Shown here piece by piece: positions 29,301 through 41,620 of a stretch of DNA of 64,000 nt; within the stretch, counting starts at the first letter, position 1, and each line of letters begins with the position of its first letter. The DNA is taken from contig JAPDFW010000068.1 in NCBI GenBank assembly GCA_028826165.1, positions 248,001-312,000 of the forward strand. Reading direction: 5' to 3'. The translations under genes were made by a program, and so were the position numbers. The notes below the pieces were generated by a model. The model saw only the letters and a list, made by a program, of their open reading frames with translations, had not been told where the DNA came from and made no database searches. This stretch comes from Anaeramoeba ignava BMAN. Lineage: Eukaryota > Protista > Anaeramoebae.

Positions 29301-32300
29301 TTTGGGTTCAACTTCAATTTCTTCAATTTTTTCAGGTTCTTTATCATCAGTTTTAGTTTTAATTTCATCACTCCATTCTGATTCTCCTTTGGAATTTTTA
29401 GCTCTTATTCTTATTGAATAATTTGTTGATGGTTTTAAATTTTCAATAATAAATTCTGGTTTTTCACTTTCTCCAATAATTTCATTATTAACTTCAATTT
29501 CATATTTTTCAATTTCACTTCCTTCGTTTTTAGGTTCTTTCCATTTTAATTCAATTTCATTTAATTTGGGTTCAACTTCAATTTCTCGTATCTTTTCAGG
29601 TTTTTTGTTTTTGGTTTTGGTTTTAATTTCATCACTCCATTCTCCTTCTCCTTTGGAATTTTTAGCTCTTATTCTTATTGAATAATATGTTGATGGTTTT
29701 ATGTTTTCAATAATAAATTCTGGTTTTTCACTTTCTGCAATAATTTCATTATTAACTTCAATTTCATATTTTTCAATTTCACTTCCTTCATTTTTAGGTT
29801 CTTTCCATTTTAATTCAATTTCATTTAATTTAGGTTCAACTTCAATTTCTTCTATCTTTTCAGGTTCTTTATCATCAGTTTTAGTTTTAATTTCATCACT
29901 CCATTCTGCTTCTCCTTTGGAATTTTTAGCTCTTATTCTTATTGAATAATTTTCTGATGGTTTTATGTTTTCAATAATAAATTCTGGTTTTTCACTTTCT
30001 CCAATAATTTCATTATTTACTTCAATTTCATATTTTTCAATTTCACTTCCTTCATTTTTAGGTTCTTTCCATTTTAATTCAATTTCATTTAATTTAGGTT
30101 CAACTTCAATTTCTCGTATCTTTTCAGGTTTTTTGTTTTTGGTTTTGGTTTTAATTTCATCACTCCATTCTCCTTCTCCTTTGGAATTTTTAGCTCTTAT
30201 TCTTATTGAATAATTTGTTGATGGTTTTATGTTTTCAATAATAAATTTTGGTTTTTCACTTTCTCCAATAATTTCATTATTAACTTCAATTTCATATTTT
30301 TCAATTTCACTTCCTTCATTTTTGGGTTCTTTCCATTTTAATTCAATTTCATTTAATTTAGGTTCAACTTCAATTTCTCGTATCTTTTCAGGTTCTTTAT
30401 CATCTGTTTTGGTTTTAATTTCATCACTCCATTCTGCTTCTCCTTTGGAATTTTTAGCTCTTATTCTTATTGAATAATTTTCTGATGGCTTTAAATTTTC
30501 AATAATAAATTTTGGTTTTTCACTTTCTCCAATAATTTCATTATTAACTTCAATTTCATATTTTTCAATTTCACTTCCTTCATTTTTAGGTTCTTTCCAT
30601 TTTAATTCAATTTCATTTAATTTGGGTTCAACTTCAATTTCTCGTATCTTTTCAGGTTCTTTATCTTCAGTTTTGGTTTTAATTTCATTACTCCATTCTG
30701 CTTCTCCTTTAGAATTTTTAGCTCTTATTCTTATTGAATAATTTGTTGATGGTTTTATGTTTTCAATAATAAATTTTGGTTTTTCACTTTCTCCAATAAT
30801 TTCATTATTAACTTCAATTTCATATTTTTCAATTTCACTTCCTTCATTTTTGGGTTCTTTCCATTTTAATTCAATTTCATTTAATTTGGGTTCAACTTCA
30901 ATTTCTTCTATCTTTTCAGGTTTTTTATCTTCAAATTCTCTTTTAATTTCATCAGGCTATTTTTTAAAAAAAAAATAAAATAAATTGATAAATTCATAAT
31001 TAAATGAATGAAATCACCTCAAAATATTAAATCAAATATTACATTATTTAATGAATAATTTCGAAAATATGATAAATAAGTTAAGACTGATAAAGCATCT
31101 ATTGAATCAGTTAAAAGATCTTTTGGTTCAAGTAGTTTTGGTATTTCCATTAATTCATTTGCTTTATCAAATGCGAGTCCGAGATTTTCTTGAGCATTAT
31201 CCTTTATTATATAAAAAATAATTTGGGGAAAATGGATTTGAGTTAATTTTCAAAAAGAAAATCAAAGAATAGAAACCTTTGATAATTGGGAAATTTGGAT
31301 ATTTCCTGGTTTTTGCTTTTCAACCAAACAACAAAGAGCAATTCCATCATTTAAACTAAATTTTATAAATAAATAATTTTTATTGTTATTAAATTATTAT
31401 TATTTATTTTTTTTTTGTTGTGATTTTTACTCATCTGTTAAATTTCGAATTTGAACTCCAAAATCATTTATTCTTGATAGAATCCATTCAAGCATCATCT
31501 TTTGTGTTGAATTTGTTTCTGAATCGTCTCCCTGTGAAATTTGATATCTTCGAATCAAAATCCAGATTAATCCCAAAATAATCTTTAAATTTTCCTTGAT
31601 TAAATCTTTTTAATTTTAATTTTAATTTTGATTTTAAATTTGATTTTAATTTTGATTTTAATTTTAATTTTGATTTTAATTTTGATTTTGATTTTGATTT
31701 TGATTTTGATTTTGATTTTGATTTTGATTTTGATTTTTATTTTTATTTTGATTTTAATTTTGATTTTAATTTAAATTTGATTTTGATTTAAATTTAAATT
31801 TTGGTTTTGATTTTGATTTTAATTTTAATTTTAATTTTAATTTTAATTTTAATTTTAATTTTAATTTTGATTTTGATTTTGATTTTGATTTTGATTTTAA
31901 TTTTAATTTTGATTTTGATTTTGATTTTCAATTTGATTTTTAATTTTGATTTTGATTTTAATTTTGATTTTGATTTTGATTTTAATTTTGATTTTAAATT
32001 TTAATTTTAAATTTGATTTTGATTTTAATTTTGATTTTGATTTTGATTTTGATTTTAATTTTGATTTTGATTTTGATTTTAATTTTGATTTTGAAACAAA
32101 CCTTCACCACCAACATTGACAAGACGAGGTTCTTTTGGTAATCTTTCTGAATCAACAAAATCGATTCCAATTTTACAATTCTCAAGTTTTTGAGCATAAA
32201 CTCTTGGGCGAGGACTATATCTTTGAGGACATTTTTTTATTGCTAAAATTTCCATTAAATTTATTAAAATTACACCACTTGCAAAGTCTGTTCTTGCGTC

Positions 32301-33858
32301 TTCAATTTGAAGATTTCTTTTTTGAAGATGTAAATTACACCAACGAGTAAAAACCTAATTTAAAAAATTTAATCCAAAATTATTATTTTATTTATAATTT
32401 TATTTATAATTTAATTTATAATTTAATTTATAATTTAATTTATATTTTTATTTATAATATTATTTATAATTTAATTTATAATTTAATTTATAATTTTATT
32501 TATAATTTGATTTATAATTTAATTTATAATTTTATTTATAATTTTATTTATAATTTTATTTATAATTTATTTATAATTTAATTTATAATTTAATTTATAA
32601 TTTTATTTATAATTTTATTTATAATTTTATTTATAATTTAATTTATAATTTTATTTATAATTTTATTTATAATTTTATTTATAATTTTATTTATAATTTT
32701 ATTTATTATTTTATTTATAATTTTATTTATAATTTAATTTATTATTTTATTTATAATTTTATTTATAATTTAATTTATAATTTTATTTATAATTTTATTT
32801 ATAATTTTATTTATAATTTTATTTATAATTTAATTTGTGATTTTATTTATAATTTAATTTATAATTTTATTTATAATTTTATTTATAATTTTATTTATAA
32901 TTTTATTTATAATTTTATTTATAATTTAATTTGTGATTTTATTTATAATTTAATTTATAATTTTATTTATAATTTTATTTATAATTATATTTATAATTTT
33001 ATTTATATTTTTATTTATAATTTAATTTATAATTTTATTTATAATTTTATTTATAATTTTATTTATAATTTTATTTATAATTTTATTTATAATTTTATTT
33101 ATAATTTTATTTATAATTTAATTTATATTTTTATTTATAATTTTATTTATAATTTTATTTATAATTTTATTTATAATTTTATTTATAATTTTATTTATAA
33201 TTTTATTTATAATTTTTATTTATAATTTAATTTATAATTTTATTTATAATTTAATTTATAATTTTATTTATAATTTTATTTATAATTTTTATTTATAATT
33301 TTATTTATAATTTTATTTATAATTTAATTTATAATTTTATTTATAATTTTATTTATAATTTTATTTATAATTTTATTTATAATTTTATTTATTATTTAAT
33401 TTATAATTTTATTTTATAATTTAATTTATAATTTTATTTATAATTTTATTTATAATTTAATTTATAATTTTATTTTATAATTTTATTTATATTTTTGTTT
33501 ATAATTTTATTTATAATTTTATTTATAATTTAATTTATAATTTTATTTATAATTTATTTATAATTTTATTTATAATTTTATTTATAATTTATTTATAATT
33601 TAATTTATAATTTTATTTATAATTTAATTTATAATTTTATTTATAATTTTATTTGTAATTTTATTTATAATTTAAAAAGAATTTTGCTTTTTTTTATTGA
33701 AATTTGTTGTTGTTGTTTATTTGTTTTGGATCTTATTTTATTTTTATTATTTTTAATCATTAAACTATTTTAATTCTTACTCGTATTTGTGTTTGAATCC
33801 ATTGAGGTAATTTTGTTATGTCTTTTTCGTTGTAAATATCTTTTGTTGATCTTGACAT
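23334..33858 (-). CDS. Giant cytolinker: actinin-type CH1-CH2 actin-binding domain, ~17-19 FN3 repeats, GAR (GAS2-like) domain, Lys/Ser/Thr-rich tail
   Basis: Exons ~33858-33781, 32354-32102, 31605-31431, 31355-31277, 31201-31022, 30956-25930, 24740-24548, 24448-~23334; WIQTQIRVFTRWCN, LKIILGLIWILIRRYQI, NDGIALCCLV, SVLTYLSYF; 88-aa FN3 units; FILNRVGGGYMKFDEFVRRH. Confidence 0.85.
26410..30930 (-). repeat. 17 near-identical 264-bp coding repeats (88-aa FN3 domains)
   Basis: Unit PEKIEEIEVEPKLNEIELKWKEPKNEGSEIEKYEIEV...YSIRIRAKNSKGEAEWS; repeat starts spaced 264 bp from ~30916 to ~27484, then ~27197, 26933, 26667. Confidence 0.95.
32355..33780. repeat. Intron 1 of the cytolinker filled with 10-bp (TTTATAATTT)n
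   Basis: Directly visible. Confidence 0.9.
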
Positions 33859-34122
33859 TAAAAGAAAAAAAAAAGAAAAATGTTTTTTAATTTTTTTAAT
33901 TTTTTTAATTTAAATTTTTTTATTTATTTGCTTTTTGTTTTTTTTATTTATTTTTTTTTTTTTTAAGTTTTAGGGGGTAAAAAATTAAAGAAGAATTAAG
34001 ATCAAAATTAATTAATTGATTTAAGAAAGAGAATAGTCGTTTTTTTTTTTTAGAAAAGATCTTTTAGTTAATTTTGATCATTTCAATTCTTTTAATTTGC
34101 TTTTCTTTTTTTAATTTTTTTT

Positions 34123-34555
34123 AAATTATTTTAATAAAAATATATAAATAATTTTAATAATAATAAATAATAAATTAATTTGATTCCAAATTTAAATTAA
34201 ATTGAAATAATAATTTTATTGATTAAAATAATATTTTTATGTATTTATTATTTATATTTTTAAATAAAATAAAAAATTGAAAATGGAATTATTTTAATAA
34301 AAATATATAAACAATTTTAATAATAATAAATAATAAATTGATTTGATTCTAAATTTAAATTAAATTGAAATAATAATTTTATTGATTAAAATTATATTTT
34401 TATGTATTTATTATTTATATTTTTAAATAAAATAAAAAATTGAAAATAAAATTATTTTAATAAAAATATATAAATAATTTTAATAATAATAAATAATAAA
34501 TTAATTTGATTCCAAATTTAATTTAAATTGAAATAAGATTTTTATTGATTAAGCT
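34123..34555. repeat. ~163-bp tandem repeat, ~2.7 copies, intergenic
   Basis: AATTATTTTAATAAAAATATATAAA... recurs at ~34124, ~34287, ~34450. Confidence 0.85.
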
Positions 34556-34603
34556 TTAATCTTATTTTTGAATTTAAAAAAAAAAAAAGGGGTTTTATTC
34601 TTT

Positions 34604-36171
34604 TTAAAAGTAGAAAGTTTCGACTTCATCAATTTCCCAAACAATAGAACCAGATAGATAACTTAAGGCCTCAGCCTTTTTAAGTTTGATTCCTTTAGGA
34701 AGATTATAAGTTTCTCCAAAATTTGAACGACCAATTCCTAAACTAAATGGGAAAGAAATATCACCTCTTCCAAAAATTGGACCACTTTTTCATTATAAAT
34801 AATAGCTCTTTTTCTTCACCTTTTTAATTGGAAATTTCTCTGGTTTTCTATTGTTCTTATCATTTCTTAATGAAAAAGAAAAGCATCTGGATCACAAATT
34901 CTTCTTGATTCAAATACTTGATCTTCATTCCATTTTGATTTATCAGTTATAAATCCAACTTTTGTAAATCCTCCAAAAATAAAATTATCTTTTGTTTTGA
35001 TAATAACTAATGTGTTTTCACAATCATCACAAAGTTCGTGCCATTTTCGAGTAGAGAATCCAATATAATGCGTTGAAAATCCTAATTGAACATTGTAAAA
35101 GATTTTGTCATCATTGATCCATTTTCTTAATTTTTGGATGTATCTTTTTTTTTTAATAATTCTGGATTTAAAATTTAATCTTGGATTGAAAATCAGAAAA
35201 TTTTCTTTTTCTTCATCTTCATCTTCATCTTCATCTTCATCTTCATTTTCATTTTCATCTTTTTCTTTTTTTGCTTTTTCTTCTTCTTCTTTTTCTTTTG
35301 CTTTTGCTTTTTCTTTTTTAATAAATTTTTTAATTTTTTTTTCATCTTTTTTTGTTTTTAATGTTAATAACTTTTTTAACTTTCGTGAAATTTGATTTGG
35401 AATTAAATCTTCTTTCAAAGTTTTTTGAAGTTCTTTTTTGGGAAAATCAATAAATCTGATTTTTTGAATAACGTTTGAAATTTGATCTTGTAATTTTTCT
35501 TTTTCTTTTTTATTAAGTTTTGAATTTGCCTTTTTTTGATTAATATTTGATTTGTGTCTTCCCCATTTTATTACTGATTGGAAAAGTTCAACTTCATTTC
35601 CTAAAAAGCAATTACTTGCTAGAAATGGAATTAATTGATTTTCTTCAAGTTCAAGAAAAAATGAAGTTTTGGAAAATTCTTTAAAATGATCCAAAATAAA
35701 TTGGTAACAATAATGCAGTAATAGATTCAAGTCCATTGACTCAGATAGTTTAAGAACATCAACAACAGTTTCAAATTTTAAATTGTTTTTGATAAAATCT
35801 GAAGAAGTTTCAATTAATTCATCAATTAAATATTTTGTTGAAAAAATTAAAATTTGAACTGCGTTTTCTGAATTAAATTCAATTTTTCCTGAATAAAGAT
35901 AATTCAAAATTGAGGATAGAATTGAACTTGAAACATCTTTTAGAATCAATTTGTCTTCTTGAAGTTCTTTCGTTTTGGATTTAAAAAGAGATTTGAAATA
36001 TTCGCTTCTTGAAGAAAGAATTGATTTATGAGTTTTAAATGAAGTTTTGTTTTGTTCACAAATTATTTCAAAATCAAAATAACTTTCTTCATCTTTTTCA
36101 TTTTGGTTTTGATTTTGAAATAAATTTTTTAAATCATTTGAAAGTTTTTCTAAATTTGAATAATTTTCCAT
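34604..36171 (-). CDS. BTB/POZ-BACK-TLDc protein, copy 1 (intronless; frameshift near the C-terminus)
   Basis: DFEIIC..FKTHKSILSSRSEYFKSLF..ILNYLYSG (BTB); ELFQSVIKWG (BACK); WHELCD..TLVIIKTKDNFIFGGFT..DAFLF, GPIFGRGD, IDEVETFYF* (TLDc). Confidence 0.88.
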
Positions 36172-36250
36172 TTTTGCTTTTTTTTTTATTGAAAATTAAA
36201 AAAATGAAAAATTTAAAAAATGAAAAAAAAATTTTTTCCTAATTGAATTT

Positions 36251-37828
36251 TCAAAAATTAAAAAGTAAATGCACATCTTCATTCAAAGCTTGATTCAAAA
36301 CCTGCTCTAATTTATATAAGGGAACATTCATATTTATTCCAATAGGTTCTCCATAGATTCTCCAATAAGGACTTCCAGTTGAATGAGATATCCACCAAAA
36401 AATAGGTCTTGAACCAATTTCTATTTGAGTTTGGAATTCAATGATGATAGGATGAGATAAAGTGAAAATCAAATTATAAAGAGCTCCACCATGCCCTCCA
36501 ATTATAATTTTGCTGATCCAAAAATCGACTAAATTTTTCAAGTCGAAAAATCTTGATGATAAAAATTTTGAATTTGTCACCAAATCTCATTTGTAGATAA
36601 TTTTCAATTTCTTTTTGAATTCAAAACTTCTCTTTTATTTGAATTATTAACTCTTGGAAGATAAATAACATTTTCGGGAATATAGTCCCTAATTTGGTGA
36701 TCTGAATCTGTTTCCAAAATATTCTTGAGAAGAAAAATTTTAGATTCATAAATCAACTGGGGATTCCAAATAGTGGCGCTACAAGCCATCAGGAACTCGT
36801 CAACATCATATCTCACATTTTTGATAAAACTCAATTTCCACATTAAAATCTTTTTGACCAAATTCAAAAAGCATCAACATTTTTGTCTGCTGGGCGTAAA
36901 GCAAGAATTGTATATCCTTTATCTTTTATAAAGGGGTCTTGCTTGCATTAAGGGGGATAAAGCATGATCTATCCAGTGCTGAAAATAATTGGAGCGTGCG
37001 GGAGTGATGAGTGCAAGTTTTTCGAAATGTTTGACATTTTGAGAAGTTGGTTTCTGGAAAGAGTTCATTGTAGTTGTTTCCAAACATTCCGGAAGTTTAT
37101 CAAAACTAAAATTCTTGACAAATGTTTCATTTCCTGTTGTGAAGTAAGGTGTTGTCATACTTGATACAAATTTTTCGCAATCACCTGGTGCCATTGGAGG
37201 CTTATCTCTCTCATCACAAAACATATCATAGGATTCTTGATCCAAAAAATTTGGAGTATCAAGATAAAAAGATTCAAAATCCAAATGATAAAGTATTTCG
37301 TTGTCAGAAACTATTGTTTTTGAAATTTTGGGTCGATCTTCATATCTTTCATACTTGATAAACCTTGTATCTTCTTCAGTATGATAAAAATAGGGATTTT
37401 GATAATGATATAAATTCAAGTCATAAAAATCTGAAAATGGATCATCTATTGAAGGTGTTTTATTTGATTGAGAATCTCGATAACGTTTGAGTTTTTTTTG
37501 CAATGAATTGAGTTGATTTTCAAATTGTATCATTTTTTTTGACATTTCTATTAATTCTTTGTTTTTTCATTTTAAAATCAGATTGTAGTTTGCCAATTAT
37601 TGAATTTGTGTTTTCCCCTGTTTTTGATCTTTTAATTGATTGATTTATTGATTAATTGATTGATTAATTGATTGATTAATTTTTACCATTTGGAATTGAA
37701 CGAACAGAAAGAAATAAAATTAACAAAAATCCAATTAATAGCGCTATTAATAAAATAAAAACTTTATTACAAAGAATACTCTTTAATAAACTTGTGTTAG
37801 ATAATTCAAAAACTTTTTTTCGATACAT
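36251..37828 (-). CDS. Type II membrane glycosyltransferase, GT61/DUF563-like; frameshifted
   Basis: ATG at 37828, N-terminal TM FILLIALLIGFLLILFL, intron ~37687-37619; NYFQHWIDH, VIYLPR..KREVLN, IIIGGHGGALYNLIF..IIEF (GPHGAG.N-type motif). Confidence 0.7.
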
Positions 37829-37918
37829 TTAAAAAACGAAAAAATGAAAAAATGAAAAAATCTTTTTTAGAAAAATGATCCAAAAATATTTTCTAATTGA
37901 TTTTTGTGGTTTTTTTTT

Positions 37919-39388
37919 TTAAAAGAAAAAAGTTTCAAGTTCATCAACTTCCCATTGATCATAAGAACCAGCTAAATAACTATTTGCTTCAATTGTATCA
38001 TGTTTAATTCCATTAGGAAGATTGTAAGTTCGACCAAAATTCGAATAACCAGATTTTAAATTAGGGATTTAAACCGAAATCACCATCTCCAAAATTCGGA
38101 CCAGAATTTGGATAATAAGTAATAGCCAAATTCTGAGGATATTTTTAATTGGAAATTTCTCTGATTTTCTATTATTTTTATCATTTCTTAATGAAAAAGA
38201 AAAGCGTCTCGATCAAAAATAAATCCACAATTTGATTTTTCATCTTCATAATTCCATTTTGATTTATCAGTTGTAAATCCAACTTTTGTAAATCCTCCAA
38301 AAATAAAATTATCTTTTGTTTTTGATAATAACCAGTGTTTTTCCTTTATCGTCACAAATATCATGCCAATTTTCACAATCAAATCCGTCCTCTTTTGCTG
38401 AAAATCCGAGTTCCATATCGGAAAAGATACTGTCGTCATTTATCCATTTTTTTAATTTATTGAAATGCTCAACTTTTTAATAATTTTGGATTCAAAATGG
38501 AATCTTGATTTGAAAATGAATGAATGCTGTTTTTAATAAATTTTTAATTCCTTTTTTATCTTTTTTTGTTTTTAATGTTAATAATTTCATTAACTTCCGT
38601 GAAATTTGATTTGGAATTAAATCTTCTTTCAAGATTTTTCAAGTTCTTTTTGGAAAAATCAATAAATCTGATTTTTGAATAATATTTGAAATTTGATCTT
38701 TGCAATTTTTTCTTTTTCTTCTTTTTCAAGCTTTTCATTTTCCTTTTTGATTAATATTTGATTTATGCTTTCCCCATTTTATTATTGATTGGAAAATTCC
38801 AAATTCGTTTGTTAAATTATAATTACTTGATAGAATTGAATTTAAATGATTTTCTTCAAGCTCAAGAAAAAATGGAGTTTTGATAAATTTTTCAAAATTT
38901 TCCGAAATAAATCTATAAGAAGAATCCAATAATTGATTTAAATTCATTGACTCAGATAATTTAAGAATATCAACAATATTTTCAAATTGGAAATTGTTTT
39001 TGATAAAATTAGAAGAAGTTTCAATTAATTCATCAATTAAATATTTTGATGAAAAAAGTAAAATTTGGATTGCATTTTCTGAATTAAATTCAATTTTTCC
39101 TGAATAAAGATAACTCAAAATTGAGGATAGAATTGAACTTGAAAAATCTTTTAGAATCATTTTATTTTCTTGATACTCTTTCATTTTGGATTTAAAAAGA
39201 TATTTAAAGTATTGACTTCTTGAAGAAAGAATTGATTTATGAGTTTTAAATGAGATTTTATTTTGTTCACAAATTATTTCAAAATCAAAATAACTTTCTT
39301 TTTCATTTTCATTTTCATTTTGATTTTGATTTTGAAATAAATTTTTTAAATCATTTGAGAGTTTTTCTAAATTTGAATAAGTTTCCAT
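37919..39388 (-). CDS. BTB/POZ-BACK-TLDc protein, copy 2 (paralogue of 34604-36171; several frameshifts)
   Basis: METYSNLEKLSNDLKNLFQ.. closely matches copy 1; TKDNFIFGGFTKVGF..DAFLF, GPNFGDGD, WEVDELETFF. Confidence 0.85.
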
Positions 39389-39487
39389 CTTTAAAAATGA
39401 AAAATGATAAAAAAAAATTCGAAAAAAAAAATTTTTCCTTTTTTCATTTTTCATTTTTTTTCCCGAAATAAAAATAATAACAATAAA
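39389..39487. promoter_or_regulatory. 99-bp bidirectional promoter with outward-facing TCATT (Inr-like) motifs around a central TTCGAA
   Basis: ATGs at 39388 (-) and 39488 (+); AATGA copies at 39396-39407, TTCATT copies at 39443-39456, AAAATTCGAAAA at ~39414-39425. Confidence 0.6.
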
Positions 39488-41453
39488 ATGAATAACCAAG
39501 AAAATCCTGAAGAAAAAAACCAAAAAGAAAATCCAAATCAAAATGAACAAGAAAAGAAAAAAATTGAAAATAAAAATATTAAGAAAATTCAAGAAAACGA
39601 TAACATTTTAACAAATAAAGAAGAAAATACTGAAAATCAAACAAAAACAACATCAACAACAACAAGAAGATTAATCCGACTTACGCCTCAAAGAAAATAT
39701 TTAAGTGATAGGTTTCATATATCACAACAAAATAGTCCTGATTCAAAAAGAACTCAAAGCCAAGATTTTATCCAAAACTTAATATCAGAATCAGAAATGA
39801 GATCAAAAAATAACGAACCAAAATTAAACATAAAAACATCAATTCTTAATTACAAAAATTTAATAAGTGATGTTTCAGTGATTCCATTAAGTGACTTATT
39901 AAAAATCATTTATTTTTCTATTGAAGAGACTGAAAAAAATGGAGAGAATACAGGATATCAATTTGTTCTTCAGTGCGCTGATGAAGCATTAAATAAAATG
40001 AAAAGATTAAAAATCCAAATCCAAATCCAAATCCAAATCAAAATCCAAATCCAAATCAAAATCCAAATCCAAATCAAAATCAAAATCAAAATCATAAATC
40101 AAAATTAAAAATGGATCAAAATTTAATCTCATCATTGAATTATATTTCAGCAATTTGCTTTTATCGATTAAATGAGTTTGAAAAGGCAAATGCAAAAATC
40201 AATGATTATCTTTCGATGAATAAAAAATGCAGAAATGGATTTTTACTTCAATGTTTAATTAGCATGAAAAGAAAGGATTATAAAAAAGCAAAAAATGCTT
40301 TAAGAAAAGCACAAAAATCACATCAAACAAATGAATTTCCAAATTATTTTGCGATTGTATCAGCTCATTTATATTTTTACACTCAGGAATCATCGAAAAA
40401 GCAGAGAGTGAATTGGATAAAATATTCCTGGAAAATGTTGAAAAAATGTCTTTTGATTTAATTAAAAGTTCAACAGAAAATAATCAAAAAGATTTTTTGA
40501 ATTTTATCAAAATGAAGATGTATAATCATAATTGGGATCAAGTCGAAAAGATATTGGAAAAATATAAAAAGAATAATAAAAACGCTGAGATATTGAGTTA
40601 TTTAGGGATTTGTTATTTCAAGAAGCAATACACATCAAAAAAAGTTGTTCAAGTATTTCAAATGGTGAAAAAAATACAACAAAATCAAGAAAATCAAGAA
40701 AATCAAGAAAATCAAGAAAAAGAACAAAATCAAAATCAAAATCAAAATCAAAATCAACAAAATCAACAAAATCAAAATTTAAATCAAAATTTAAATCAAA
40801 ATCAAAATCAAAATTTAAATCAAAATCAAAATCAAAATCAAAATCAAAATCAAAATCAAAATCAAAATCAAAATCAAAATCAAAATCAAAATCAAAATTT
40901 AAATCAAAATCAAAATTTAAATCAAATTGATAATTCTAATATTAAAGAGAATTGGTATTTTGTAATGCAATATTATTGGGCAAAAGCATTTTTAGATGAA
41001 ATTACTATTGAATTTAGTCACTTACTAAATCGTCAATTACAAAATAAGAAGAAAAGATTAAGTCCCAGAAAAAGTAGACAAAACACTCCAAATTCAAAAA
41101 TTCAAAAAAAAGTTTTACCAAAAATTAAAAACGCAATTTCTCATCTTGATGAAGCAATAAAGAATAATAATAATATTCAACATACAAAGTTTTATTACAC
41201 AAGAGCTTATGCTTATTATCTTTATTTGAATTTACAAAAGATGGGAATTATCGAGATTTGGGTCTTAAAGATCTTAAAAACTGCATCAAAATTAACTTCA
41301 AAACAAGAAAAGATTAAACAATTATCTGATTTATTTAATATTAAACCAAAATCAAAAACCAAATTTCTTCTTCTTCTTTTTCTTTTTAAATCCAAAAATC
41401 TAATTGAAAAATTTATATTAATTTTTTCTTTTTTCTTTTTTCTTTTTAAATAA
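39488..41453 (+). CDS. TPR-like helical repeat protein with N/Q-rich linkers; frameshifted
   Basis: Three consecutive ORFs with TPR-like helices (YISAICFYRLNEFEKA, SMKRKDYKKAKNALRKA, LSYLGICYFKK, FYYTRAYAYY). Confidence 0.55.
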
Positions 41454-41620
41454 TAATTTAGCAAAAGAAAAGTGTTTTTTCTGGTTGTTTCCAAAAAAAT
41501 TAAAAAGAAGAATTTGATTAAATCAATTAAAATTAAAACAAAAACTAAAATAAAAAAATAAACAAAAAAAATAATAAAATAATTTTTTTCATTTTTTTTC
41601 TTTCTTTTTTTTCATTTCCA

